64,000 nt of DNA from Squalus acanthias (lineage: Eukaryota): assembly GCA_030390025.1 (NCBI GenBank), contig CM059431.1:112778001-112842000 (forward strand). Reading direction: 5' to 3'. Of this stretch, positions 52,546 to 63,522 are shown piece after piece. Below the pieces are notes generated by a model. That model was not told where the DNA came from. It was given only the letters and a program-made list of their open reading frames with translations, and did not search any database. Within the stretch, counting starts at the first letter, position 1. Each line of letters begins with the position of its first letter. The position numbers were made by a program, and so were the translations under genes.

Positions 52546-53628
52546 TCCATCAGAGTAAAGCTTCTTCAATAGACACTACAATGTCAAAAAGAATCAAATG
52601 AAATCACCATTATACTGTCATTTATCAAGATATATGCAAATGTCACCTCAAGCACAGTTGCATATTAAGGGCAGTGACATCTCAGTATTATGATATTCAA
52701 GGAAAACTGGGTGTATATATTCAACATCAAGTGCTTAATTTTAGTTTATATTTTCTTGCTCACTGCAAAAATGTTGCTAGCTTATTTACTAAGCTCCATG
52801 CATCAACTGTGAATTGGCCATCAACTTATACCAGTTTTTATATGGATTGTACCAATCTTTGCATGAGCATTGAAACGAATAGCAAATAGGAACATGTTGA
52901 CTTGCAGTAAGTCATCCCCAACCATTAACCCATTGCACTCAAAATATTTTAAAGTTACAAAATGTAATAAATACGCTCTGTCTTATGGCTCAATTCTATA
53001 GATATGCATCTGTGTCACCCATTTTGGGATCTAGTTTACTAGTATTAGTGTTCTGATTTGACAGTTTTTTGTAAAAACCAAAATCCAGAACACATTAGAT
53101 GTTCATGGTTTCTTGTCTCAAGATTCTGTTATTGACCCCTGCTCACCAGGGGCTATAAAGCAGCTTTATAGCAAAGACAGACTCAAGGTCGGACATGCTC
53201 ATTAACTCACAGTATGGGTGTACAATTATCCTAACTATACATGTACCTGTGACACTTAGTAGTTCATTGCAAACCTGTAACAATGTTCTCCAGATTAAGT
53301 CATAGAACAATATGGCTAAATTAAAGAACATCTAGATGCCTTGTATTACAACCTTTTATGTACAGTGTATAACTTTAATCAATGAAATTAAAAGATTAGT
53401 TCAAATCACAGGATTCTATTTTGGGAACTCTGTCCATCATTGGGAAATGAAACAGATGCTGCAAAAACTGAATCAGCCTGTTTTGCAGATTCCACTTGTA
53501 TATATTATGTACAACAGTCTAGAGTGTTACAAGGTTGTATCACAAAACAGATGGTGTCATCTCAACCACTTAATGCATTGCATTGTAAAACACTTCATCT
53601 GTATGTTACTTGTATGTAATAAACTAGG

Positions 53629-53718
53629 TATCTTTGCACATAATATATACAGGACTCATTTTGATAGCTTAGTTATCTTTGCACATAATACATAAAGGAC
53701 TCATTTTGATAGCTTAGT
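53629..53718. repeat. 45-bp tandem duplication (2 copies, 2 mismatches)
   Basis: TATCTTTGCACATAATA(T/C)ATA(C/A)AGGACTCATTTTGATAGCTTAGT x2. Confidence 0.9.
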
Positions 53719-56039
53719 CTGAATAAGGTGCACGCAGGAGTAAACAGGAATACAGAAAGGTTCACATGTTGTCAATATCCACTGCAGTCACTGAATGGCT
53801 GTCATTCGATTATGACATCCTAACAAACTGATTCATAATGGAGTGCCATGAACTGGTTTCAACAATAACGAGGAATTGCTAATCTTTTGAGGAACATAGA
53901 GGATGTATCATGGATACAACCTAGTCATTGCGAAACTGAACGGAATATTTTCATCAAATCTCAATTGTGACCACAACTTCTAAGTGAAAGTTACATTTGG
54001 TATTTAAGCTGGCTTCACTCGTGAAAATAAAAATTACATTTCACAAGGAGGTTTTGGGAATTCAATTTATCAGAGGGTTGAATATGGAGAAGGTTGCGAA
54101 CCATTAAGGTAATGTAATCAATATAACCATGACGCCGTATGCTGAGTTTCTACACTTGGCAGTTCAAACATAAATAAAAAGCATCCTAAAAGGTGACCAG
54201 TAGTTATTTGCACATCCTAACAATCCAACGCACTTTCGTGGGTTCCTATCTTCCTCTCCACTTAGTTTTGTAATTTGCACCATCACACCACATTGGTGAA
54301 AATGTTCCAATGCACAAGATGTAGTGTTAATAAAACTGAGGATTATCACGAGTATTAACGCCTTGCAAGAAGGTGCTTGCATGTTTTTGTCAGCTGCATA
54401 TCTCCACATACTGCTATAATCCTACAAATCTGCAGTCTGCACCTCCCAAAAAAATCCCCTTTTCTCTCCACAAGAAGAATGTTTTGGTACTAATGCGTTT
54501 CCGCCCATTATTGTTGTTCACTAAAACAATACTATCTCAGTGCAGGGAGCTCTGGGCATTCCTCGTCTGTTGCGTTTACTGCTGATTTGCAGTCGAATCA
54601 TAGGAGAAAAACAAAGCTCCACCCTACAACGTCCAAATGGATTAGGTAATTCACGTACGCTGCGTACTACATCATATTGCAAATAAAAAATAATCTGTCA
54701 CAGCAAGAGCGAGGGCATTATATAAATTTAAATTGCCCGGTATTGATGACATTTTCTAAGATATACTATGTGCTGTTAATTCGGTCAAAGATTAAATGAA
54801 AGGCCAGTTTCATTGTCATGCACCATAGGTTTCGTTTTCACCGACACACGTGATTAAGTGAACACCATTTCACAACATTATGGAATCTTTATCCGGCCCA
54901 TTGTGTGTTAAAGTGAAGCCGTAGGGTCAGAGAAAGAGAAATTCATAATCAAATTTTAAACTGCAAATGGTCCTGACCGACCCCAAAGCAGATCAGAATT
55001 TGGTGTTTTTAAATGTCTGTCAATATTCGGTCGGTACTAACATCCGCGGCTGTGTTTTAAGAGGTGTAGTGGGTCACGACCCCACATTTACCCTGAAACA
55101 CACAGTGACAGCGAAGGGCCTGGGCTCAATGTTTAACCCCTCAGAACCACTTTCCACGCGTCTCTCTGGGATTGCTGCCACCTACAGATTTATTGTCCTT
55201 CATGCGAAATCGTTCAGGAGAGAGAGAAACAGGAACTCTAACCCCAGCACCAGTGCAGAGCCAAGGCAAAAAACGCAGCAAAGAACAAAAAAAAAATCTC
55301 AATCCCCTTGCTACAGACATTCTTCATAACCTCCCACCCCCAACATGGACGTGCAACGTTAATGAGGAAACTTGGCATCCCTCGCCCACCCATCAAGACA
55401 ACGCCTCACATTTCTCTGCAAGAACAAATCGTGCCCAGAGCTGTCAGTCACGCCGGGCTTGGGCACCCAGGCTGAAGGTGCAGAGTGCCCCAGTCCGGCC
55501 CATGTTCTCCTCTCAGGCCGTTCACTCACCTCGAGGTGGACCATCACCAGCTCCCTTGTCTCTATCACACAATAAAGAGTCCCTACATTTTGTCAGCCAA
55601 CCCGACAATCTGACCATTGTTCTGGGCCCCGCTGACAACCCAAAACATTGAACAGTGTGGCATTTTAAAACAGAAACAGCTCGACCCCGCGTTCATGGTG
55701 TAAATCTACCCCAAAACTTGACAACCGCGACCAAACGGCGGAGTTTTAACACTGCACGCCGATTAATTCGTACAAGTACGTTGCAAACTGTAAGCGACTG
55801 TGACTTGCACAGCGGCTCTAATGCAAGTTGTATTTGCATTTACAAACTGCACGTATCTGTAATCTGCAATTGTTTTAATGTGTTTATATTGTGTACACAT
55901 TCTGCTTTGTTGCAATCATTAAAGTCTGCAGGGTTCGGATGGTTGTTGTGTGCTTGCACCCCTTCTGTTTATTCATTGTGTGTTTGCACCCTTTGTATCC
56001 ATGTTCAGTTAGACTGACAATCTCCCCCCTGGCTGCTTT

Positions 56040-56830
56040 ACCTGCTGTGCTGGGTGTCCAGGGCGGCGGCGAAGAGCTGCTGGTACTTGTTCCCGAGCAG
56101 CTTCCCTGACAGCAGCTGGTGCTGGACCCGCCCGGCCCCGGCCTCCATCTCTCCTCCTCCTCCAGCTGGAGCAGCAGCAGTGGCAGCAGCAGCCCGGGCA
56201 TCCGCCGCCGAACCAGGCGGCAGGAAGAGCAGCGAGTCGGTGTAAAGCGAGACGGCGGCCGGGTAGTCGGTACATGAGAAGAAGCCGGCCTGGCCAGGCC
56301 CGGCGCCGCCGCCGCCACCACCGCCGCCGGCCCCGGCCCCGGGAGCAGGAGGAGAGGGAGCCGAACACATCATCCTCCGGGGCAGGGGGACAGGGGAATG
56401 GGGGGGGGGGAAAGAGCTCAGGGGGATGGGAAGAGATGGAAGCGACTTCTCAAGCCGGCCGAAAAGACAAGAGAGCGCGGCCGATCGGTGACAGGAGGCC
56501 GGCGGCGGCGGCTGCTGCCTCTCGACACCCCCGAGGGCTCTCACTCTCAAATCGCCGGCCCGCCTCTCCACATCCTCCTCCAGCCGCTGCGAACAAACGA
56601 GAAACGCCGGCCGGCCGGGCTTGCAGGGGGTAGGTGGGATGGGGAAACGGGGGTAGAAAGTTTCGGTGCTCAGCTGCCGGTCTGGCCGCTGCTCAGACTC
56701 TGACCCGGCGACGCCGCCATCTTGAACGGCCCGTTCTGACGGGGAACGCACTGCACGCCGGGATACGTTGACAAGCCTGGGAGGACCGGCGCGCTCCTCC
56801 CAGCCCGCTAGGAGGAGCCACGGAATGGGT
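56040..56830 (-). promoter_or_regulatory. CpG island / MYCBP2 promoter and 5' UTR with YY1-type motif AAGATGGCGGC (56713-56723)
   Basis: Very high GC and CpG density covering exon 1; GCCGCCATCTT on + strand is the YY1 consensus, typically TSS-proximal. Confidence 0.8.
56042..56373 (-). CDS. MYCBP2: MYCBP2 coding exon 1 (332 nt, MMCSAPSPPAPG...LLSGKLLGNKYQQLFAAALDTQHS-R)
   Basis: ATG ATG TGT start resembles human MMMC; LLSGKLLGNKYQQLFAAAL resembles human LLSGRALADRYRRIYTAAL; donor AG|GTAAA at 56041; phase 2 fits exon 2; lies in CpG island. Confidence 0.9.
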
Positions 56831-56874
56831 GGAGGGTGCTAGCACTGCAACGCATCACCAGCCCACTGCTGCAC

Positions 56875-57312
56875 TGAGACTTATACAGCGCCTTTCTGGA
56901 CGTCCCAAAGCACTTTTTGAAGTGTTCTCTGTTGTAATGTAGGAAGCGTGGCAGCCAATGTGCACACAACAAACTGCAATGACCAGCTAATCTGTTTTTA
57001 GTAATGTTAGTTGAGCTGTTCTTCTTCAAAATAGTGCCATGGGTTCATCTGAGAGTGATGCGGATAGTGATTTCAAATAAAACTGTTGGACTATAACCTG
57101 GTGTTGTGCGACCTCTCAATTTCATCTGAGAGAGCAGACAGAGCCTCAGGCTAATGTCTGGTCTAAAAGATGGCACCTCCGTCAGTGCAGAACTCCGTCA
57201 GTACTGCACTGAAGTGTCCACCGAGATATTGTACACAAGTCTCTGGAGTGGGACTTGAACCCACAGCTTTCTGACTCTGAAGTGGAGAGTGTTGCGACTG
57301 AGCCATGGCTGA
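56875..57312 (-). mobile_element. Deu-domain SINE adjacent to MYCBP2 promoter
   Basis: Minus strand TGGCTCAGT A box, GGTTCAAGTCC B box, CCCATGGCACTATTT core, AAAGGCGCTGTATAA tail. Confidence 0.75.
57056..57120 (+). mobile_element. 65-bp Penelope-like insertion inside the SINE
   Basis: AAATAAAACTGTTGGACTATAACCTGGTGTTGTGCGAC shared with 22.8-kb element; 12-bp direct repeat TTCATCTGAGAG at 57044-57055 and 57121-57132. Confidence 0.8.
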
Positions 57313-57334
57313 TACACAAAGGACCCCTTTCTTC

Positions 57335-57567
57335 AGGTTCCCACACCCTTCTTCTAAATAGTGCCACTGGATCTTTTACGTCCACCTGAGAGGGCAGACG
57401 GGGCTTCGGTTTAACATCTCATCCGAAACACCGCACCTCCGACAGTACAGCACTCCCTCAGCACTGGAGTGTCAGCCTAGATTTTTGTGCTCAAAGTTCC
57501 TGGAGTGGGATTTGAACCCACAACCTTCATGACTCAGAGGCGAGAGTGCTACCCACTGAGCCACAGC
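57335..57567 (-). mobile_element. Second Deu-domain SINE (5' half)
   Basis: GTGGCTCAGTGGGTAGCA A box, GGTTCAAATCC B box, GGATGAGATGTTAAACCGA..AAAGATCCAGTGGCACT core. Confidence 0.8.
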
Positions 57568-58713
57568 TGGTACTGCCCCAATGTAGCTGGGTGCAAGTTC
57601 CCTTTATTCTCATACTGCGCAATTCATAGTCCCACAATATTAAAACCCTCACATTTTATTATTTTAAATTATTAATTATTACTAAATATATTAATACTTT
57701 GTTTAAAAAAAACATCTTAAATCAATCATGATCAAATTTGTGGACATGTAATAACTTATTTTTTTGATGTATTTATAATAGTCTTTTGACTACTCTTCAT
57801 TTTGAATTTTTCTTTCCCCTTTCCACCATACCGTGTTAATTTTGTTCATTATTCTTTTTGCCATAATTTGACTGTGTTTTCCCTTTCTCGTTTTTTTATT
57901 CCAACTATCTACAACTGTATTGATCTTGCAAAATTTCAAAATGCATCTATTTCGTGCTGCAATAAACGGTATACACATTCCATGCAAAAAGCGAATTCCT
58001 TGTTTCCATTGAATGTAACATCTTTTCCTACTCTCTTATGCTCCCTAAAATAAACAATTCTACAATTTTCAATGTAATATTTTTGGTTACTGGCTTGGAA
58101 CATGACTAATAGCCCTTTCTTAATATTTGCAACCCGATAGCATCACACAGTATTTTGCATACATTAGTGATCATTGATAACTGACTGAAACATAGTCAAT
58201 GTAAATTTTGTCGCAATTTCATGATTGAGTATAAAGTAAATCATTGGAAAAGAAAAATAAACTATGAAGGTCAGAAAAAAAGCGAGATGTCGAAAGTAGA
58301 GAAACTGTTGAAAAAAAACTTTATTGTCCAGTGTAGCTGTTTGGACACTTGTGTGATCCCACACTGAGAAATTAGGTCTCTGGACATAATATTTAAAAAT
58401 GATTAAATATTGCCATATTTGGCTGGTATTTTCAATAAACTAAGGTAACAGATACATGCTAAAACGTATTTTGTAGTGTACAATATAAATGTTTATTTTT
58501 TAAAATACTATGTATTTAATAGCCATGTAGCATAGATATAAAATTAACTGATTGAATTTTTATAGCAAATATTGGTGTGCTTTGCAAATTGGTAAGGTGC
58601 TATGAAATAAGATGGCAACTTCCTGGAAAAGGACTAATGCTCAATTAGTACAAGTATTCAAGCCTCAATCAGAAAGCAGAGTGTTCCAATTCCAGGACAG
58701 CTGATGACTCTAC

Positions 58714-58872
58714 AGCTGCATTTACACAATAGTAGCATTAGTGCAAAATTATTTTGTCGAGCAGGACGCTAGGAAGCTATAGTGAAATCTGGAGTCCAAC
58801 GAGCCAAGTGGAGTGAGAGTCCCTCTTCCAGGAGCTTTGCACCAATGGCACAGTTGCAGTGTAAATGCAGTT
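58714..58872. mobile_element. Old short MITE-like inverted repeat
   Basis: CTGCATTTACAC (58716) / GTGTAAATGCAG (58859) plus inner CATTAGTGCAAA / TTTGCACCAATG. Confidence 0.5.
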
Positions 58873-59449
58873 TAAGTTACTTGCCTTCGGGTGAGTTTTG
58901 CCATTTTTCAGCTGAAACTGCTATTCGAAGGTAAGCTATTCCTCTCTGACTGGACTAAGTCAGTCTTTTAGAATTGGGTGTTGAAATCTAAAAGACTCCT
59001 ATGCAGTTTATTTTGAAATGAATATGTCCAAAAACGTTTGATTTAATACATATTCCGTTAAATATCTATGTCCCAAAAATAGGCCTATATTCTCTTTAGG
59101 GTGGAGGTTCAGCGGGCTGGTACTTCTGTCCACCTCTGTGTCCACCCTAGCCCAAACCCTGCATTACAGATGCATGGTGGGCTTCCAGCGGGATTCCTGC
59201 TATCAAGAGGGAGTTCACCGGTGGGGAGAGCAGAATCCCAGTGATGCTGCTGTGCGGATGCCAATGCAGCACCAGATGATCCGATGAAGGACCTTAAAGG
59301 GGCAGAACACCCTGAAGACTGGAACAACAACTCCCACTGAAAGCCTTGGACGAGACCATGACCATCAACAGACAAATCTCTTGGCTCTCCAGAGGGAGAG
59401 GAGGTCATACAGGAAATAACATAGTTCCTAATCAATCTCCCACTCCCTT

Positions 59450-59945
59450 GTCTCATAGAGGAAATCTCACAGGTGCTAGATGCCTTGATCTCATCTACCA
59501 AAGTCCAAAAAGCTGTCACAGACCTGGAGTTTGGCAAGCACCAGGGCCGTATGGATTCCCTACTGAGCTCTATAAAGCCTCCCCCAGAATCCTTCTCAGC
59601 TGCAATCACCCACATATATAAAAAGCCCGAATACCCCCACGGTTGTACATCAAAAAAGCAGATACATATTCCTCTTCCAGCGTGATTATAAGATACTGGA
59701 CAAAATCCTAGCCTTTAGGTTGGATTCAGTTGCTCCTTGACTAATTCATCCAGACCAAACCAGGCTCATTCAAGGATATCTCTCTGGATAACAACAGATG
59801 ACTGTTCAATGTTGTGCATCACTGCAACAATACAAACACACTCATCCTAGTTGCTAACCCTAGATACAGAAACGTTTCTCAGCTGGACAGAATGGAGTTT
59901 CCTACTTGCCATTTAAAAGTGGATGGCCTTTGAAGACACTTTACT
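59450..59945 (+). mobile_element. L1/Tx1-type LINE RT remnant
   Basis: APGPYGFPTELYK, DYKIL.KILA.RL, LIHPDQT motifs across frameshifts. Confidence 0.7.
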
Positions 59946-59969
59946 CCCTTCATGCTGTTTGAAAATTAA

Positions 59970-60660
59970 TGGTTATTACAAAGGCTTCTATTCCCTAAAT
60001 ACACACCTCATTTGCAATGACAGGCACAGATTTTTGCACGTGCATTCACAACATGCTGGAAGCCTTCATGATGTTTTTATACCTCGTTAGTCCAGTGTCT
60101 CAGCTCTACTTCAACTAGAGGCTAGGGCCAGGATTGCTGCTGGGTGACGAGGGATACCCGTTACTCCCGTGGCTTATGATGTCTTTTTATAGGACCACTA
60201 GTGCTGCATAGGAATGCTACAATGATGTACGCATCAAGTAGCCCATTACAAAGAGTCAGCCTGCCCTGTGTCCATTCCAGGACTTGGGGGACCTGAGAGA
60301 AAGGTCACGTCCATCCCACGAGGCTCAAAATATTTTGCAGTAACCATCAATATCTCAGGCCCTCAGCTGGCACATAAAGAAAGTGTTAGAATAGGGCAGA
60401 GAAAAAATCATAAGAATAACAATTGGGCAAGCCATTGGAATGCTCAAAGGAAGGTTTAGTGTCTTAACCAACACTGTCTTGAGAATTGTGGTGGCATATT
60501 GTGTGATTCACAGCTTTGCAATTAGGAAAGGGCTGCTGGTGGATGTCCCAGAGGATGCCAGAGAGCCTGATGACGACACTATGAGGCCTTTCTCAATGAA
60601 GAACAGAAAACAGATGCAGTGGTAGTGCCTGCTAGACATCTGAGAGAACGACTCATTTGA
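59970..60660 (+). pseudogene. Decayed PIF/Harbinger (HARBI1-like) DDE transposase, C-terminal half
   Basis: Hand translation: KGFYSLNTHLICND..F..V....AGSLHD, LLGDEGYPLLPWLM, YND, then RITIGQAIGMLKGRF..IVVAYCVIH; internal stops and an inserted block. Confidence 0.85.
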
Positions 60661-61130
60661 CACACTTTACAGATTTATACAGCACCATTATTTGGCAGTC
60701 TCAGCTCATCAATGATCTGGCTTGTCTCACCAAACTCTCAATGGTCTATGTAAAATCCTTGTTGCTCACAGCTAGCTACCACATCCTAATCCAGAGCCAT
60801 AATATCAGCACATTATATGATCCCCATTTTCATATAAGAGAACCAAACATGAAGCAATCCTTACATCAAATATTCCACTGATATAGTACAACCATTTACA
60901 AAACATAATTTGGTTCTGTCACCATGTACATCCCTTTGTGACCATGTGAATTTTTCTCTGCTCTATTCTAACACTTTCTTTATGTGCCACCTGAGGGCCT
61001 GGGGTCTGAAATATTAATGGTTGCTGCAAAATATTTTGAGCCTCGTGACATGTACGTGTCCTTTCTCTCGCGTCCCCTAAGTCCTGGAATGGACACAGGA
61101 CAGGCTGACTCTTTGTAATGGGCTACTTGA
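60234..61130. repeat. Inverted repeat, arms 60234-60410 and 60947-61130
   Basis: TCAAGTAGCCCATTACAAAGAGTCAGCCTG...GCAGAGAAAAA and its reverse complement with scattered mismatches and one short indel. Confidence 0.92.
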
Positions 61131-61657
61131 GAGTCTGGTCCTGCACAGATGAAGGCTTCTGTGGGAAGTTCCTTTGTGTTGCTGCCGTGAGGAGGTGCAG
61201 TTTCTGAGGCACGCACAGCAACTTCTTCACTGGCACTGGGAACAGGATTCTGGTTACCAGCGATCAGTGGGATAATGGACCGAATGGAATCAGAAAGATC
61301 CTTAAATCTGCTGGGAGAGAGTTAATCATTAGCACTCCAAGATGATGCCCTGTATACTTTGCAATCCAGTTAACGTTGACATCTCCAGACGGTTCGTCAA
61401 GACCTGCAGTCCTTCATTCAATGCCTCCACATTGAGCTGACTGAATTGTCTGGAGTGGATCTGTGAGGAGTCGGAATAGAACGGGAGGAGAGGTAGCGCG
61501 GACCTGAACGGAGTCGGCACTGGAGGAGGCAGTACCAATCGGCGAATTCTAAACAACAAAAAAAACAAGGAGTGACATCACGGGACAGCAGGTAGGTGAT
61601 TGCTGGGCGAGTATTAACGTTTTTTTTTCTCTAAGCTAGGACAGTGGTTTAAACTAA

Positions 61658-62491
61658 GGGGGTGATTTTGCCAATGGGGACATGATGGAGGCGGGACTGC
61701 TGCTTGTCGGGTTTTAGTCCCGCCTCCATCGACGTCCGGCCAACCCATGCTATTTTCCCTTGATTGACCTTGTTAAGCCCGCCCAGCGGGTTTAGCAGGC
61801 CAATTAAGGGAAAGCCGGTTACTGGTGACGTCAGCGAGTGACGTTTCATCTGTCAAGAGCTTTTGACAGATGAATTGTCATCGTTTGAGAGCTCTGTGAA
61901 GCTGTCAAACACTGACAATCTGTCTTCTAAGTTGAAACCTGGGACACAGGCTCAGTTAGAGATCTCTCCTGAGCAGAAAGCAGAAGGCTGATGCATTTGA
62001 GAATGCAGCGGCCATTCTGCTTTCTCTGCCGGTGAGCTGAGGGACTCCTGAGACCTGAAGGGTTGAAGCCTGGAGGAAGAAGCAAAGGTAAGTAAAGCTT
62101 TTAAAACACTTAAGACTGACCTCACACACTTACCTCTGCACACATGCATCCATCACTCACCTGCACACCGGACATCTCGGCCCCTCCGACCCCCGCAGAC
62201 CCACGGCTCGCCTCGCTGACCCTGGCGAGGTTCGGAGCCGTCGGGAAGCCCACACTTTAGGGTTCAAAATAGGGATTAGCCAAAAAACTGCCTGTTAACA
62301 GGCAGTTAATTGGCACTAATCCCCTTCTCGCCTCGAGGAGGCGGCTCCCAGCGCGGATCGGGTACCCGCCTCCTGGGAAGATGGCACGGAGGTGGGTTGG
62401 AGGCGGGATGGGTACTCGCCCCCAGAATCTGCCGTTTTCCCGGCAGTCCCGCCTCCATACCCGCCTCCCCAGGGCTGGCAAAATCGCCCCC
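61658..62491 (-). mobile_element. PIF/Harbinger-type MITE, family C, 834 bp
   Basis: 16-bp TIRs GGGGGTGATTTTGCCA / TGGCAAAATCGCCCCC (1 mismatch), canonical TAA TSD. Confidence 0.92.
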
Positions 62492-63150
62492 TAAGAGTGG
62501 GAAACTATAACATACTTTATTAAATTAAAAACTTAACTAGATAAACTAATTAATATAACTATAGATAATTGTTGAATAAAGATTTTAACGAATTCAATAA
62601 ATAAAACAAGGTTAGACGAAGATATGGCAGAGCAGGACTTCAGTATGTGGGAGTTTGTCCTGAGCAAACGCGTCTACAGTAGATGTCTCCATCTCGAATC
62701 TCTCTGGCTCAGAGTCATTGAGCTGGAGTGCGAGTTGGAGACACTCCGACACATAAGGGAGGGGGAAGAGTATTTGGACAGTTTGCTCCAGAGCTCGGTC
62801 ACACCTCGCAGAGAGGTGCAGGATCAGAATGGGGTTGATGTGACCGATAGTATGCAGATTAAAGGGGAACCCAGGTAAAGGAAACGAGGATCTGCAGAAA
62901 CTGATCCTATCCAACAGGTACAATGTACTCGCTACCTGTGAGGATAAAGATAAAGACTATCGGAAGGACAGCCAGAATGTGGACCATGGCACTTTGGAGC
63001 AGGAGGCTGTCCTAAGCGGGGAGGAGGATGAGGAGAGGAAGCGTAATGTGGTAGTTTTAGGGGGACAGATAGCATCCTTTGTAAGCAGGATCGAGAGTCC
63101 CACATGTTATGTTGCATATCTGGTGCCGGGGTAAGGGACATCTCGAACCA

Positions 63151-63312
63151 GCTTGAAAGGGTACTGGAGATGGAGGGGGAGGATCTAGTCATTGTGGTCC
63201 ATGTTGGGACCAACAACATAGGGACAAGTAGGCTTGAAAGGGTACTGGAGATGGAGGGGGAGGATCTAGTCATTGTGGTCCATGTTGGGACCAACAACAT
63301 AGGGACAAGTAG
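63151..63312 (+). repeat. Perfect 81-bp in-frame tandem duplication in CR1 ORF1
   Basis: LERVLEMEGEDLVIVVHVGTNNIGTSR encoded twice with identical DNA. Confidence 0.95.
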
Positions 63313-63522
63313 GCAAGAGGTCCTGTTTGGGGAGTACCAGGAACGAGGAGCTAAATTAAAGAATAGGACCTCAGGGGTTATAATCTCTGGATTATTACCT
63401 GAACCATGTGCAAATTGGTGTAGGGATAGGCTGATTAGGGAAGCGAACACGTGGCTAAAGGAGTGGTGTGGGAAAGAGGGGTTCCATTTCATGGGGAACT
63501 GCCACTAGTATTGGGACAGGAA

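Larger units (their letters stand above)
61400..63522 (+). mobile_element. CR1 5' UTR and ORF1 (zinc-finger remnant plus SGNH), interrupted by MITE and truncated by another CR1
   Basis: SRCLHLESL.LRV.ELE; CCISGAGVRDI, VVHVGTNNI, IISGLLPEP, WLKEWC. Confidence 0.85.

Noticed and set aside
54967-56017. Cluster of 120-159 aa ORFs beside exon 1
   Set aside because: No recognisable domains, mostly non-ATG starts, overlapping frames; consistent with chance ORFs in a CpG-island shore
55884-56703. Alternative-frame and antisense ORFs over exon 1
   Set aside because: By-products of GC-rich triplet repeats lacking stop codons
59970-60660. Domesticated HARBI1-type host gene
   Set aside because: In-frame stops, an inserted inverted block and a missing N-terminus indicate a dead transposon
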